64,000 nucleotides of DNA from Obrimoposthia wandeli (lineage: Eukaryota), in assembly GCA_977020255.1 (NCBI GenBank), contig CDROCS010003840.1, positions 186,001-250,000 on the forward strand, in the 5' to 3' direction. Below are positions 20,692-30,868 of this stretch, in pieces (positions within the stretch are counted from its first letter, which is position 1; each line of letters opens with the position of its first letter). The notes beneath the pieces are model-generated. The model ran no database searches and had not been told where the DNA came from. It worked only from the letters and a program-made list of their open reading frames with translations. Position numbers and translations under genes: made by a program.

Positions 20692-20960
20692 AGCGGTGTT
20701 ATGTTTTCAGCCGAACCAAATGATGGGTTAAAATAAGCTGGTTAAGAAAAGACCAGCTGAATAACTGAAAGAGTGCAAAGTAAACGAATTGTTAAAGGTT
20801 TATTGGTAAAAATAAGCGTTTGGATCAACATATCGAGTTAAAACGATAAAAAAGAATGTCTATTTTTACTGGTTGATTATAATTTGAGCAAGTGCAAATA
20901 TCTTTTTGATGAAGATCACATATAATACCCGCCTAGGATTTACCTAGTTTGAGGATTAAA

Positions 20961-21167
20961 ATGCGCCTTACTCGTTCTGTCTCGCTTCGCATGCGTCTTA
21001 AAAAGAAAGCGAATCAATCTCGTTTCTGGAACTTAGCGTCAACTCGCCGTAATGGCCAAAAGATTAAGACTCGTATTCAACGTCAAAGACAAGTTCGCAT
21101 CACTGCTGAATATGTTGTTCTCGCCAATAGTCGCCTTCCTGAAGAAAACCTCAAATTGGTCGCATAA
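20961..21167 (+). CDS. small, very basic hypothetical protein (68 aa)
   Basis: GAGG SD before ATG 20961; upstream TATAAT with GC-rich discriminator; R/K-rich. Confidence 0.55.
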   Translation: MRLTRSVSLRMRLKKKANQSRFWNLASTRRNGQKIKTRIQRQRQVRITAEYVVLANSRLPEENLKLVA

Positions 21168-21221
21168 AGACAGATATTTGGATTAGAATAGCGCCCTTAT
21201 TTCAATAAACCCAGTAGAGTT

Positions 21222-22160
21222 ATGGAAATCAGTGCGCTACCAATCTTAGAACAACGTCTGATCAATGAGTTATCGACACCACCCAATGAAGTACGTCGTT
21301 TATTTCATGGCCGTGGCCGTTGCTGGTCAGGTTTAGAACAAATTACTGTAGATTGGTTGCAAGGCCAAGTTCTGGTTTCTTTATTTAAAGAGCCTACAGA
21401 AGCATTTCTTGATGAATTGAATACCTTACTTATACGATTAGTTGAATCAGATGTTTGGAAAAACACTGAGGCTACATCCCTATTATTACAGCACCGTGAT
21501 CGCCAAGGTTCACCAACAGAAGTGCTATGGGGAGAAAGTTCTGATTCACAAAACGTCATCGAAAATGGATTAACGTTTAAACTCGATCTTGGTCGTAATC
21601 AGAATAACGGCTTATTCCTTGATATGCGTTACGGTCGCCGTTGGGTTCAAGAACATGCACAAGGTAAGCGAGTGCTTAATTTGTTTGCCTATACCTGTGG
21701 ATTTTCAATCGCTGCGATTGAAGGTGGGGCAGAACATGTTGTTAATCTTGATATGGCAAAGTCGGCATTAACTCGCGGTCGTGAAAATCATCATTTGAAT
21801 AATCATGATTTAAAGAAAGTGAGCTTTCTTGGTCACGAGTTATTTAAGTCATGGGGCAAAGTCAGAAAGTTTGGACCGTATGATTTAATCATTATTGACC
21901 CGCCTTCTTTCCAAAAAGGCAGTTTTGCATTAACGAAAGATTATCAAAAAATCTTACGCCGTTTGCCTGAGCTATTAACAGAAGAGGGCAGCGTACTTGC
22001 ATGCGTGAATGATCCTTCTATTTCTTCTCAGTTCTTGATTGATGGTATGGCAGAAGAAGCACCAAGCTTAGTCTTTGAACAACGTTTGGATAACCCACCT
22101 GAATTCAAAGAAATTGAAGCCGAAGGTGGATTGAAAGCGTTGGTATTTAAGCGTAAATAG
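21222..22160 (+). CDS. class I SAM-dependent methyltransferase, RlmI/RlmK-like
   Basis: NGLFLDMR, VLNLFAYTCGFS, DLIIIDPPSF. Confidence 0.88.
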   Translation: MEISALPILEQRLINELSTPPNEVRRLFHGRGRCWSGLEQITVDWLQGQVLVSLFKEPTEAFLDELNTLLIRLVESDVWKNTEATSLLLQHRDRQGSPTEVLWGESSDSQNVIENGLTFKLDLGRNQNNGLFLDMRYGRRWVQEHAQGKRVLNLFAYTCGFSIAAIEGGAEHVVNLDMAKSALTRGRENHHLNNHDLKKVSFLGHELFKSWGKVRKFGPYDLIIIDPPSFQKGSFALTKDYQKILRRLPELLTEEGSVLACVNDPSISSQFLIDGMAEEAPSLVFEQRLDNPPEFKEIEAEGGLKALVFKRK

Positions 22161-22189
22161 CCGAAAGTAGACGTAAGTATCTATTACTA

Positions 22190-22242
22190 AAAAGCCCCTT
22201 CAATGCAGAACTTAGTTCAAGTAACGCATTGAAGGGGCTTTT
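22190..22242. terminator. long bidirectional terminator hairpin
   Basis: 17-bp perfect stem AAAAGCCCCTTCAATGC / GCATTGAAGGGGCTTTT between convergent genes. Confidence 0.85.
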
Positions 22243-22266
22243 ATTGTTTATATACATCGAATAGAT

Positions 22267-22653
22267 TTATTGTGATAGTTCAGCGCAATACTCTGCGTAT
22301 ACCGGTTGTTCTACGATTTTTCGACCACGCATATCCATGATGATAATGTTATAACCCATACCTTCATTAAACAGTGGACTTAATTCGTTACTAGAGCAGT
22401 AACTTTTAGCTGCATGGGCAGCAGCTTGGGTTGGGGCGATTTTACTTCCACCACCATATAAAATGGTAATTTCTACGATTTTATTACGGGCCTGAGCTCT
22501 CATGATTTGGTATTGATCTACCTTGTCATAAGGGGCTTTATTGTTGATTGTCGCCGCTCGGCTTTTCGCCAAAGCGATTACTGCGTCATCTTCGGTTGAT
22601 GCGCAGCCCCCAAGAATTAGCAGCGTACTAAGTGCGAGTATTTTTTTAAGCAT
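22267..22653 (-). CDS. gspS: GspS/AspS-type type II secretion pilotin lipoprotein
   Basis: Lipobox LGGC, 128 aa, paired Cys (YCS...YC); position next to yciI as in Vibrionaceae. Confidence 0.72.
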   Translation of the reverse strand: MLKKILALSTLLILGGCASTEDDAVIALAKSRAATINNKAPYDKVDQYQIMRAQARNKIVEITILYGGGSKIAPTQAAAHAAKSYCSSNELSPLFNEGMGYNIIIMDMRGRKIVEQPVYAEYCAELSQ

Positions 22654-22952
22654 TAAGGCAGTACTTTTTTGAATGGTTTTACAATCACATTAGTGTAAAC
22701 ACCAGCTGCAATGTATGGGTCTGCATCTGCCCATGTTTTTGCTTCTTCTAATGAATTGAATTCAGCGATAACGGTTGAACCTGTAAAGCCCGCTTCACCA
22801 GGGTTCTCGCTATCAATGGCTGGCATTGGGCCTGCAACAAGAAGACGTCCTTCAGCTTGTAGTGCTTGTAGGCGCGCAAGATGTTTTTCACGCACACTTA
22901 GACGGCGCTCTAAACTGTTTTCTACATCCTGAGAAAAAATCACATACCACAT
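22653..22952 (-). CDS. yciI: YciI family protein
   Basis: [20 protein letters not shown] motifs. Confidence 0.93.
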   Translation of the reverse strand: MWYVIFSQDVENSLERRLSVREKHLARLQALQAEGRLLVAGPMPAIDSENPGEAGFTGSTVIAEFNSLEEAKTWADADPYIAAGVYTNVIVKPFKKVLP

Positions 22953-23112
22953 TCGCTTATTACTCCCTTATTATCGTTGGCTGTTTTACTTTGCCTATAC
23001 TACCCAATAAAAAAAGCCTGAACTAGACGTTAAGGCTTTTTTGCAGAACAGGTACTATTTTTTCGTATAATTAAGAGCACTCTTATATAAACAGAACGTG
23101 CTTTTAATACTG

Positions 23113-23511
23113 TTAGGCTTTTTTGATCGGACGAGGACGACCTTCACTGTTAATCGCTACATAGTTAAAGGTAGCTTCACAGACTCTGTAGCGATCGCCT
23201 ACACTTTCGTGAGCAACAGGTTTAACCCATACTTCTAAAGCGACGCTCATTGATGTGTTACCAATGCGTTTGCACTCACCGTAACAGCACACAACGTCAC
23301 CCACTTTAACTGGGGCTTTGAATGCAATGCTGTCGACAGAAACGGTAACGACACGGCCACCAGAAATTTCTTTCGCTAAAATTGCACCCGCAAGATCAAG
23401 CTGAGACATTATCCAACCACCAAAAATGTCACCATTGGCGTTAGTATCTGCAGGCATTGCAAGCGTACGAAGCAGTAGCTGTCCGCGTGGAATATTATTT
23501 TCTGTATTCAT
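23113..23511 (-). CDS. yciA: acyl-CoA thioesterase
   Basis: MPADTNANGDIFGGWIMSQLD hot-dog motif. Confidence 0.95.
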   Translation of the reverse strand: MNTENNIPRGQLLLRTLAMPADTNANGDIFGGWIMSQLDLAGAILAKEISGGRVVTVSVDSIAFKAPVKVGDVVCCYGECKRIGNTSMSVALEVWVKPVAHESVGDRYRVCEATFNYVAINSEGRPRPIKKA

Positions 23512-23533
23512 TATTTAACCTGAACTCTATAAC

Positions 23534-24073
23534 TTATTCTGAATCGGTTTCTTTCGGCATATGGTGGTAAATATATCCACCTGTGACAAGGGTGAAAATC
23601 AAAGTTAAGGCTAATAAGCCGAATACTTTAAAATTAACCCATACATCGAGTGGTAAAGTAAACGCCACATAGATGTTTACGACTGCGCAGACGGCAAAAA
23701 AGCTGGCCCATGCCATGTTAATGCGTGTCCATACTGTATCGGGTAGCGTAATTTCTTTACCCAACATACTTTTAATGAGTGGTTTGCCCATGATTTGGCT
23801 TACCGCTAATCCAATCGAGAAAATGGCATAGATAATGGTGACTTTCCATTTTATGAAATTCTCGTCATGAAGAAACAGTGTTAATCCACCAAATACAGTG
23901 ACCATTGCGAAGGTCACTAACTGCATTTTTTCCACTTTCTTATATAAGAACCACGTTATAGCAACCTGAACGGCAGTTGCGATTATCAATGCCCCTGTCG
24001 CAACGAAAATATCATTGGTTTTGTATAAGACAAAAAAGATGATTAAAGGAATAAAATCGAGCAGTTGTTTCAT
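23534..24073 (-). CDS. yciB: inner membrane septation protein A (YciB/IspZ)
   Basis: [25 protein letters not shown]. Confidence 0.95.
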   Translation of the reverse strand: MKQLLDFIPLIIFFVLYKTNDIFVATGALIIATAVQVAITWFLYKKVEKMQLVTFAMVTVFGGLTLFLHDENFIKWKVTIIYAIFSIGLAVSQIMGKPLIKSMLGKEITLPDTVWTRINMAWASFFAVCAVVNIYVAFTLPLDVWVNFKVFGLLALTLIFTLVTGGYIYHHMPKETDSE

Positions 24074-24124
24074 TAAGTGGCAACCTCTACATTATATATC
24101 TTGTAAGTATACCCTGAGACAAAC

Positions 24125-24156
24125 AAAAAGGCTGCAGCTAGTCAGGCTGCAGCCTT
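24125..24156 (-). terminator. intrinsic terminator of DAACS gene
   Basis: AAGGCTGCAGC-N7-GCTGCAGCCTT with A run on the + strand. Confidence 0.75.
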
Positions 24157-24209
24157 AATACCAAGTTATTATCTGGTATTAGCGTTGTTCTAAGGGGATA
24201 ACTTTCGTG

Positions 24210-25451
24210 TTAAACCTTTACCGCTTCTTCTTCATTATCGCCAATATAGCTATCAACAATAACAGCACAAGCAGCATCACCCGTGATATTCAATGCAGTA
24301 CGCACCATGTCGAAGATACGGTCTAGAGCAAAGAGTAACGGTAGACCTTCAATCGGTATACCTGCTGAAAGTAATACAGCAACCACCAAAAATGAAGGGC
24401 CAGGAACACCTGCTTGACCGACTGCACCTAATGTTGAAGTAACGATAATCGCGATATAAGCACTCATACCAAGATCAATGTTAAACATTTGTGCAAAGAA
24501 GATGGCAACCAAACCGTAGTAAATAGCATTACCACTCATATTGATTGTTGCACCTAATGGCAGAACAAATGAAGCGGTAGAATTGCGAACACCGAGTTCT
24601 TCTTCACAGGTTTCCATCGTAACAGGCAGTGTTGCCATTGAAGAGGCTGTCGATAATGCTACAGCTTGTGGCTTCTTCATTGCCGACAAAAATTTAATTG
24701 GTGAGGTCTTACTAAACAGCTTGATCATAATTGGGTAGAAAATGAAGCCGTAGATAAGAATTGCAGCAATGTAAACAACGAATAGCTTAAAGACGACCAT
24801 TAGGGCACTAAAGCCGAATGTGCCCACAGCATCAGCCATTAGACCGAACACGCCTAGTGGTGCAATTTTCATTACAACGTTGATCATCCAAACCATTGCA
24901 TCAACGATAGCATTCACACCGTTAATCAATGGATCGCGACGTTCTTTTTCTAGCTTCGATACAGCTACGCCAAAAAAGAGGCAGAAAACAAGAATTTGGA
25001 GGATGTTAGCTTCATTAAGAGACTGAAAAACGTTTGTCGGGATCATACCCAAAAGGGTTGCCCAAAATGAAGGTAAATCACCTTGTTCAGCGTATGCATT
25101 AGAAAACATACCTTCGACGCCAGTAAGATCGATGCCAACGCCAGGTTGGAATACTTCACCCATCACTAATGCCAATGCTACGGCCACCGCTGATGTAAAA
25201 GCAAAGAAACCTAATGTTGTGATCCCTACTTTACCTGCTGAATGACTGCTTCCCAAACCAGCCGCACCAGAGATAATAGCAACCGCAACCAATGGAATAA
25301 CAAGCATCTTAATCAGATGAATGAAGATACTACCAAGCGGTGCAAACATGCTGGCAGAATGTCCCATCATCGCGCCAACGATTGTACCGACAATCATCGC
25401 AATAACGACCTGAACGCCGATGTTGCCCAATAATCCTTTTTCTTTTAACAC
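24210..25451 (-). CDS. dicarboxylate/amino acid:cation symporter (DAACS)
   Basis: STASSMATLP, LPLGATINMSG, DRIFDMVRTALN; GTG start. Confidence 0.93.
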   Translation of the reverse strand: MLKEKGLLGNIGVQVVIAMIVGTIVGAMMGHSASMFAPLGSIFIHLIKMLVIPLVAVAIISGAAGLGSSHSAGKVGITTLGFFAFTSAVAVALALVMGEVFQPGVGIDLTGVEGMFSNAYAEQGDLPSFWATLLGMIPTNVFQSLNEANILQILVFCLFFGVAVSKLEKERRDPLINGVNAIVDAMVWMINVVMKIAPLGVFGLMADAVGTFGFSALMVVFKLFVVYIAAILIYGFIFYPIMIKLFSKTSPIKFLSAMKKPQAVALSTASSMATLPVTMETCEEELGVRNSTASFVLPLGATINMSGNAIYYGLVAIFFAQMFNIDLGMSAYIAIIVTSTLGAVGQAGVPGPSFLVVAVLLSAGIPIEGLPLLFALDRIFDMVRTALNITGDAACAVIVDSYIGDNEEEAVKV

Positions 25452-25760
25452 TTTCGATACCCTCTGTCGTGTTTGTTAATACTGTTGTGTTTTGTTGGTA
25501 TTTACCGAGTTAAGTTTTTTCAATGTTATAAATGTTAACTCAATATTTTGCGAGTGTGTTTTTACACGCAATTTTAGCGCTAATCAATCATTCTTTTCGA
25601 TATTTTGCTCTATTGATATAGGTCAAGGTTATGTAAATTTGGTGTGATTGATGGGTTTTTATACTGGGTTAGGGTGATATGTCGGAAAGATGACTTTTTA
25701 TGTTATGAATTCTGAGGTGTGAGTATAGGGCAGAAGATTTGACTAAAAAGAAGGTGAAAT

Positions 25761-25787
25761 AAAAAAACCGCACAGAGTGCGGTTTTT
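25761..25787. terminator. trp operon terminator
   Basis: A7-CCGCAC-AGA-GTGCGG-T5. Confidence 0.85.
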
Positions 25788-25810
25788 AAGTTGATATGGA
25801 TATGAGCGTA

Positions 25811-26620
25811 TTAGTTAAGCTTACTTGCCGCTTTCATCGCGCTAATAAACTGCCCTAAATTATCAAGCATAGCAGTATTATCGTTTAGGTTATGCTCGAT
25901 GATTTTGACCACTGCAGAACCAGAAATTGCGCCAGCAGCCCCTGCTTCAATCGCTTCCTTTACTTGTGCTGGTTCAGATATACCAAATCCAAGTAGGGCG
26001 GGTGGCGCATTATGCTTAGTAAGGCTTTCGACTAAGTGACGAATTGGCTTACCTGCTTTTGTTTCAGCGCCTGTAACACCAGCACGAGACAGTAGATACG
26101 TGTAACCACCGCCTAATTCAGATACCGATTTTAATGTTTCATCAGTCGCATTGGGTGGTGCAATAAAGATAGGGTGAATGCCGTATTTTCCAGCGGCCAC
26201 TCGAAATTCTTCCGACTCTTTTATTGGTACATCTGCAATCAATACTGAGTCGACACCCGCATCGGCACATTTTTTATAGAAGGTTTCGATACCCGCGGTG
26301 AACACCAAATTTGCATACATTAACAAGCCTATTGGCATGTCTGGATATTTTGCGCGAATTTGAGTTAATAGCTCAAAACACACAACGGGTGTTGTACCAG
26401 ATTCAAGGGCACGAACGGTTGCCCCCTGAATGGTTGGGCCATCAGCCAATGGGTCTGAGAACGGGATACCTAATTCAAGCGCATCTGCACCCGATTCAAC
26501 TAACGTATCAATGATCTTCATTGATTGCTCAGGAGTAGGGTCGCCAATCGTTACGAAAGGAACAAATGCGCCTTCATTTTTTGCTGCTAGGCGATTAAAT
26601 AATTCTTGATAACGATCCAT
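25811..26620 (-). CDS. trpA: tryptophan synthase alpha chain
   Basis: [32 protein letters not shown]. Confidence 0.98.
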   Translation of the reverse strand: MDRYQELFNRLAAKNEGAFVPFVTIGDPTPEQSMKIIDTLVESGADALELGIPFSDPLADGPTIQGATVRALESGTTPVVCFELLTQIRAKYPDMPIGLLMYANLVFTAGIETFYKKCADAGVDSVLIADVPIKESEEFRVAAGKYGIHPIFIAPPNATDETLKSVSELGGGYTYLLSRAGVTGAETKAGKPIRHLVESLTKHNAPPALLGFGISEPAQVKEAIEAGAAGAISGSAVVKIIEHNLNDNTAMLDNLGQFISAMKAASKLN

Positions 26621-27810
26621 TACAGTACTCCCTTTGCGTCCAAAATATCGTGTACGGTGAAAATGTCTTTGTCGCCACGGCCTGAAAGATTAACAACCAA
26701 AAGTTGCTCTTTTTCTGGTTCAGCTTCAATCATTTTTAATGCATAAGCTAATGCGTGGGCAGACTCTAACGCCGGAATAATGCCTTCTTTACGCGCGAGT
26801 AATTGGAATGCATCGAGTGCTTCATCATCGGTTACTGAGCCGTATTCAGCACGACCTGTTGCATTAAGGTGCGCGTGTTGAGGGCCCACAGATGGGAAGT
26901 CTAGTCCTGCTGATACTGAGTAAGACTCTTCAACCTGACCATGTTCATCTTGCATTAGTGGTGCTTTCATACCGAAGAAAATACCCAGTTTACCGTGTTT
27001 AAGCGGTGCACCGTGCATTTTTGTATCCAAGCCTTTACCCGCTGGTTCTACACCAATTAAGCCAACGTCTTTTTCATCGATGAAATCTGCAAACATACCA
27101 ATAGCGTTTGAACCACCACCCACACATGCAATAACAGCATCGGGTAGGCGACCTTCTTTTTCTAAGATTTGTGCTTTGGTTTCTTCACCAATGATGTGTT
27201 GGAATTCACGAACAATTGTTGGGAATGGATGTGGACCGGCAGCAGTACCCAGTAGGTAGTGTGCTTCTTCATATGTCGCAGACCAGTCGCGCATCGCTTC
27301 GTTACAGGCATCTTTTAGAGTGGAAGATCCTGAATGCACAGGAATAACCGTGGCACCCATCAACTTCATGCGAAATACATTCGGGCTTTGACGTTCAATA
27401 TCTTTTGCGCCCATGTAAACGCGACATTTAAGGCCTAATAAGGCACATGCTAATGCTGCTGCAACACCGTGTTGGCCTGCGCCAGTTTCAGCAATGATTT
27501 CTTTTTTACCCATGCGCTTAGCAAGTAATGCCTGACCTAATACTTGGTTGGTTTTATGAGCGCCACCGTGCAGTAAATCTTCACGCTTTAGGTATAACTT
27601 TGTTTTTGTACCTTTCGTCAGGTTCTGACATAACGTTAAGGCTGTTGGGCGACCAGCATAATCTTTTAATAGATCGATAAACTCTTTTTGAAAGGCTGGA
27701 TCTTGTTGTGCTTCAATAAAAGCATCTTCCAGTTGATCTAACGCTGGTACTAAAATTTGCGGTACATACTGACCACCAAACTCACCGAAATAGGCATCTA
27801 ATTTGCTCAT
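26620..27810 (-). CDS. trpB: tryptophan synthase beta chain
   Basis: [41 protein letters not shown]. Confidence 0.98.
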   Translation of the reverse strand: MSKLDAYFGEFGGQYVPQILVPALDQLEDAFIEAQQDPAFQKEFIDLLKDYAGRPTALTLCQNLTKGTKTKLYLKREDLLHGGAHKTNQVLGQALLAKRMGKKEIIAETGAGQHGVAAALACALLGLKCRVYMGAKDIERQSPNVFRMKLMGATVIPVHSGSSTLKDACNEAMRDWSATYEEAHYLLGTAAGPHPFPTIVREFQHIIGEETKAQILEKEGRLPDAVIACVGGGSNAIGMFADFIDEKDVGLIGVEPAGKGLDTKMHGAPLKHGKLGIFFGMKAPLMQDEHGQVEESYSVSAGLDFPSVGPQHAHLNATGRAEYGSVTDDEALDAFQLLARKEGIIPALESAHALAYALKMIEAEPEKEQLLVVNLSGRGDKDIFTVHDILDAKGVL

Positions 27811-27825
27811 AATCGTCTCTAATCC

Positions 27826-29196
27826 TTAATACTTTCTGATTGCTGCAAATGCCGCATTCAATTTTGTTTGATCTTTTTTACCCGGTGCGCTTTCTACACC
27901 AGAATTTAAATCTAATCCACGGCAACCAAGCTTGACTGCTTCACTGATATTATCTGGGGTAAGTCCGCCAGCTAATAAAATATTTTCTTTCGCTGTTTCA
28001 CTCAATAACGACCAATCAAATGTTTTGCCTGTGCCGCCACTTTGTTGACCCACTTTACTATCGAGTAGGTGCTTATCGGCTTGCCAACGGGAAAAGTCGG
28101 GTAATACCGCTTCTACCCCGTGTGCTTTCCAAATTTCACAATCAATGGGAAGCTGTGCTTTTAAATTCGTGACATATTCCGGCGTTTCATCACCGTGCAA
28201 TTGCACGGCAGACAGGAATAATGACTCAGCTGCTTTTTTAATTGCTTGCGGATCGGCATTACGGAAAACGCCGACATATTTAAGGGGTGCGCCACTCATT
28301 ACCATACGGGCTTGTTCGATATCGACTTGACGAGGTGACGAAGAAACAAAAATCAAACCGCCGTACACAGCACCGCTTTGATAGGCCGCTGATGCATCGT
28401 CAGCATGGGTTAAACCACAGACTTTATTTTCACCAAGCAGAACACGTCGAACAGCCAGCTCTAGATTGTCTTCAGACATGAGCGAACTTCCAATTAAGAA
28501 GCCATTCGCATACGCCGATAAATCACGGATTTGTTGGTTAGTACTAATACCCGATTCAGAGATGACAATCGTACCTTCAGGTAAACGGGGTGCGAGTTCT
28601 TTTGTACGATTTAAATCGATGCTTAAATCGCGCAAGTTACGGTTATTGATCCCAACCACTTTGGCTTGTAATGCGATTGCACGCTCAAGTTCTTCTTCGT
28701 TACTGATTTCTGTTAACACGCCTAAATTTAACGAGTGCGCCAGTGTTGACAGTTCGCGGTATTCTTCGTCACTCAGCACAGATAGCATTAAGAGAATGGC
28801 ATCAGCTTGATAATGGCGTGCAAGGTAAACCTGATAAGCATCGATCATGAAATCTTTACAGAGAACAGGTTGGCGAACTTGGGTACGCACTTGCGGCAGA
28901 AAATCAAAGTTACCTTGAAAATACTTTTCGTCGGTTAATACTGAAATAACATTGGCATGGTTGTTGTAGACACCAGCAATGTAATCAAGGTCGAAGTTCT
29001 CACGAATTTGACCTTTAGACGGCGATGCCTTTTTACATTCTAAAATGAAAGCGGCGGTATCACTGGTCAGTGCATCGTAAAAGCTACGATCACTGGGTGT
29101 GATCGTATCAACAAAGCTTTCAAGAGGCTGGCTTTGTTTACGCGCTTCAACCCAAATGCGTTTATCTGCAACGATTCTTGCTAGTACTGTTTCCAT
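27826..29196 (-). CDS. trpC: bifunctional indole-3-glycerol-phosphate synthase / PRA isomerase
   Basis: ECKKASPSKG, GINNRNL, then KVCGL, VQLHG, LDLNSGVE (TrpCF fusion). Confidence 0.97.
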   Translation of the reverse strand: METVLARIVADKRIWVEARKQSQPLESFVDTITPSDRSFYDALTSDTAAFILECKKASPSKGQIRENFDLDYIAGVYNNHANVISVLTDEKYFQGNFDFLPQVRTQVRQPVLCKDFMIDAYQVYLARHYQADAILLMLSVLSDEEYRELSTLAHSLNLGVLTEISNEEELERAIALQAKVVGINNRNLRDLSIDLNRTKELAPRLPEGTIVISESGISTNQQIRDLSAYANGFLIGSSLMSEDNLELAVRRVLLGENKVCGLTHADDASAAYQSGAVYGGLIFVSSSPRQVDIEQARMVMSGAPLKYVGVFRNADPQAIKKAAESLFLSAVQLHGDETPEYVTNLKAQLPIDCEIWKAHGVEAVLPDFSRWQADKHLLDSKVGQQSGGTGKTFDWSLLSETAKENILLAGGLTPDNISEAVKLGCRGLDLNSGVESAPGKKDQTKLNAAFAAIRKY

Positions 29197-29198
29197 GA

Positions 29199-30218
29199 TT
29201 AACCTCGTGCCGCTAATTTGCCAACTAACTCATACGCCTTACCAGATTGCATGGCTGCAATCGCTTGCTGTGTGTTCGCTTTTAAATCTTCTTCACCAAA
29301 CAGACGTAATAATAAAGCAACATTGACCGCGACAGCACCTTGCTGAGCATCAGTGCCTTTTCCGGTCAGAATATCAGTGATGATTGCACGGTTTTCTTCC
29401 GGTTCACCACCTTTAATTGCTTCTAATGGGTATGTTTCAAGTCCAAAATCAGCCGGTGTTAAGGTGTATTCTTTAATTTCACCATTAATGATTTCAGCTA
29501 CAAGTGTTTCGCCATGAATCGCTACTTCATCAAGCCCCGAACCATGAACGACCGCTGCGCGTTTCATGCCCATCGCAACCATCGTTTCAGCAATAGGGCG
29601 AACCAAGGATCGATCGTACACACCCATCAATTCAATTTTAGGCCGTGCAGGGTTAATGAGTGGACCTAATACATTAAAAATCGTACGTGTTTTTAACGTT
29701 TGGCGTACAGGCATCGCGTGTCGGACACCACTGTGATATTCAGGGGCAAATAAGAAACAAACGCCAAGTTCGTCGAGTGCACCACGGGCATTTTCGGGTG
29801 TCATTGCGAGATTGATACCGAATTTATCCAGTAAATCAGATGAGCCCGATTTGCTTGATACGCCACGGTTACCGTGTTTTGCTACTTTTACACCACAGGC
29901 TGCTGCAACAAACGCAGCAGTGGTTGAGATATTGATGGTGTTCGCACCGTCGCCACCTGTACCGACGATGTCGGCAAAATCGTATTCAGGGCTAGGGAAT
30001 GCCTTAGCGTTGGCGAGTAAAGCACTGGCTGCCCCTGCGATTTCCGCGGGAGTTTCGCCTTTGATTTTAAGTGCAGTAAGGACTGCAGAAAGTAAAATTG
30101 GGTCTACGTCACCTTTGATGATGGCATCAAACAGTACATGGCTTTCATCTTGCGTTAGTGCTTGCTGGGCGTAAAGTTTGTCTGCAATCTCGAAAATTTT
30201 AGCGTCCATAACCATCAT
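29199..30218 (-). CDS. trpD: anthranilate phosphoribosyltransferase
   Basis: DIVGTGGDG, NISTT, KHGNR, GLDE. Confidence 0.97.
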   Translation of the reverse strand: MMVMDAKIFEIADKLYAQQALTQDESHVLFDAIIKGDVDPILLSAVLTALKIKGETPAEIAGAASALLANAKAFPSPEYDFADIVGTGGDGANTINISTTAAFVAAACGVKVAKHGNRGVSSKSGSSDLLDKFGINLAMTPENARGALDELGVCFLFAPEYHSGVRHAMPVRQTLKTRTIFNVLGPLINPARPKIELMGVYDRSLVRPIAETMVAMGMKRAAVVHGSGLDEVAIHGETLVAEIINGEIKEYTLTPADFGLETYPLEAIKGGEPEENRAIITDILTGKGTDAQQGAVAVNVALLLRLFGEEDLKANTQQAIAAMQSGKAYELVGKLAARG

Positions 30219-30220
30219 CC

Positions 30221-30856
30221 TTAATCTTTATCGTTTGTCTGAGTTGTTTTTGTTTCTATGTCGCTTTCTACTTTCGACATTACCCAGTTCAATGTATTCG
30301 TGAGAAGTTGTGCACCTTGTGTCGTTAGAATCGACTCTGGGTGAAATTGGAACCCACACACGCGATCAGCATCATTGATTACAGCCATAACAAGACCATC
30401 TACATCGGCAACAATATCCAATGTTTCTGGCACTTCGGTCGCAACCAAAGAGTGATAGCGCGCAATCGATAGTGGGTTGGGTAAATCACCAAATACCTTG
30501 TGTTTGGTGTGGCTCATCATGGCAGATTTACCGTGAACGATTTCCCCTGCGCCTTCTACTTTACCACCGTAAGCTTCAACAATGGCTTGATGACCAAGGC
30601 AGATACCAATAATAGGTACTTCACCTTTAATACGTTTGATTAGGGCGGGCATACAACCAGCGTCTGCTGGCGCACCAGGCCCCGGTGATAGTACTAGCAC
30701 CGGGTTCACTTTATCTGCTAACGCTTGTTCCATTTGTTCGACGCTAAGGCTGTTGCGGTAAATGGTTACCGGGTGGCCTAAGGAACGGAACTGATCAACC
30801 AAGTTGTACGTAAAGGAGTCAAAGTTATCCAATAGAACGATATGTGTTTGTGCCAT
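30221..30856 (-). CDS. trpG: anthranilate synthase component II (glutamine amidotransferase)
   Basis: LDNFDSFTYNL, SPGPG, GICLGHQ, QFHPES. Confidence 0.97.
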   Translation of the reverse strand: MAQTHIVLLDNFDSFTYNLVDQFRSLGHPVTIYRNSLSVEQMEQALADKVNPVLVLSPGPGAPADAGCMPALIKRIKGEVPIIGICLGHQAIVEAYGGKVEGAGEIVHGKSAMMSHTKHKVFGDLPNPLSIARYHSLVATEVPETLDIVADVDGLVMAVINDADRVCGFQFHPESILTTQGAQLLTNTLNWVMSKVESDIETKTTQTNDKD

Positions 30857-30868
30857 TGTTTTAGCTCC

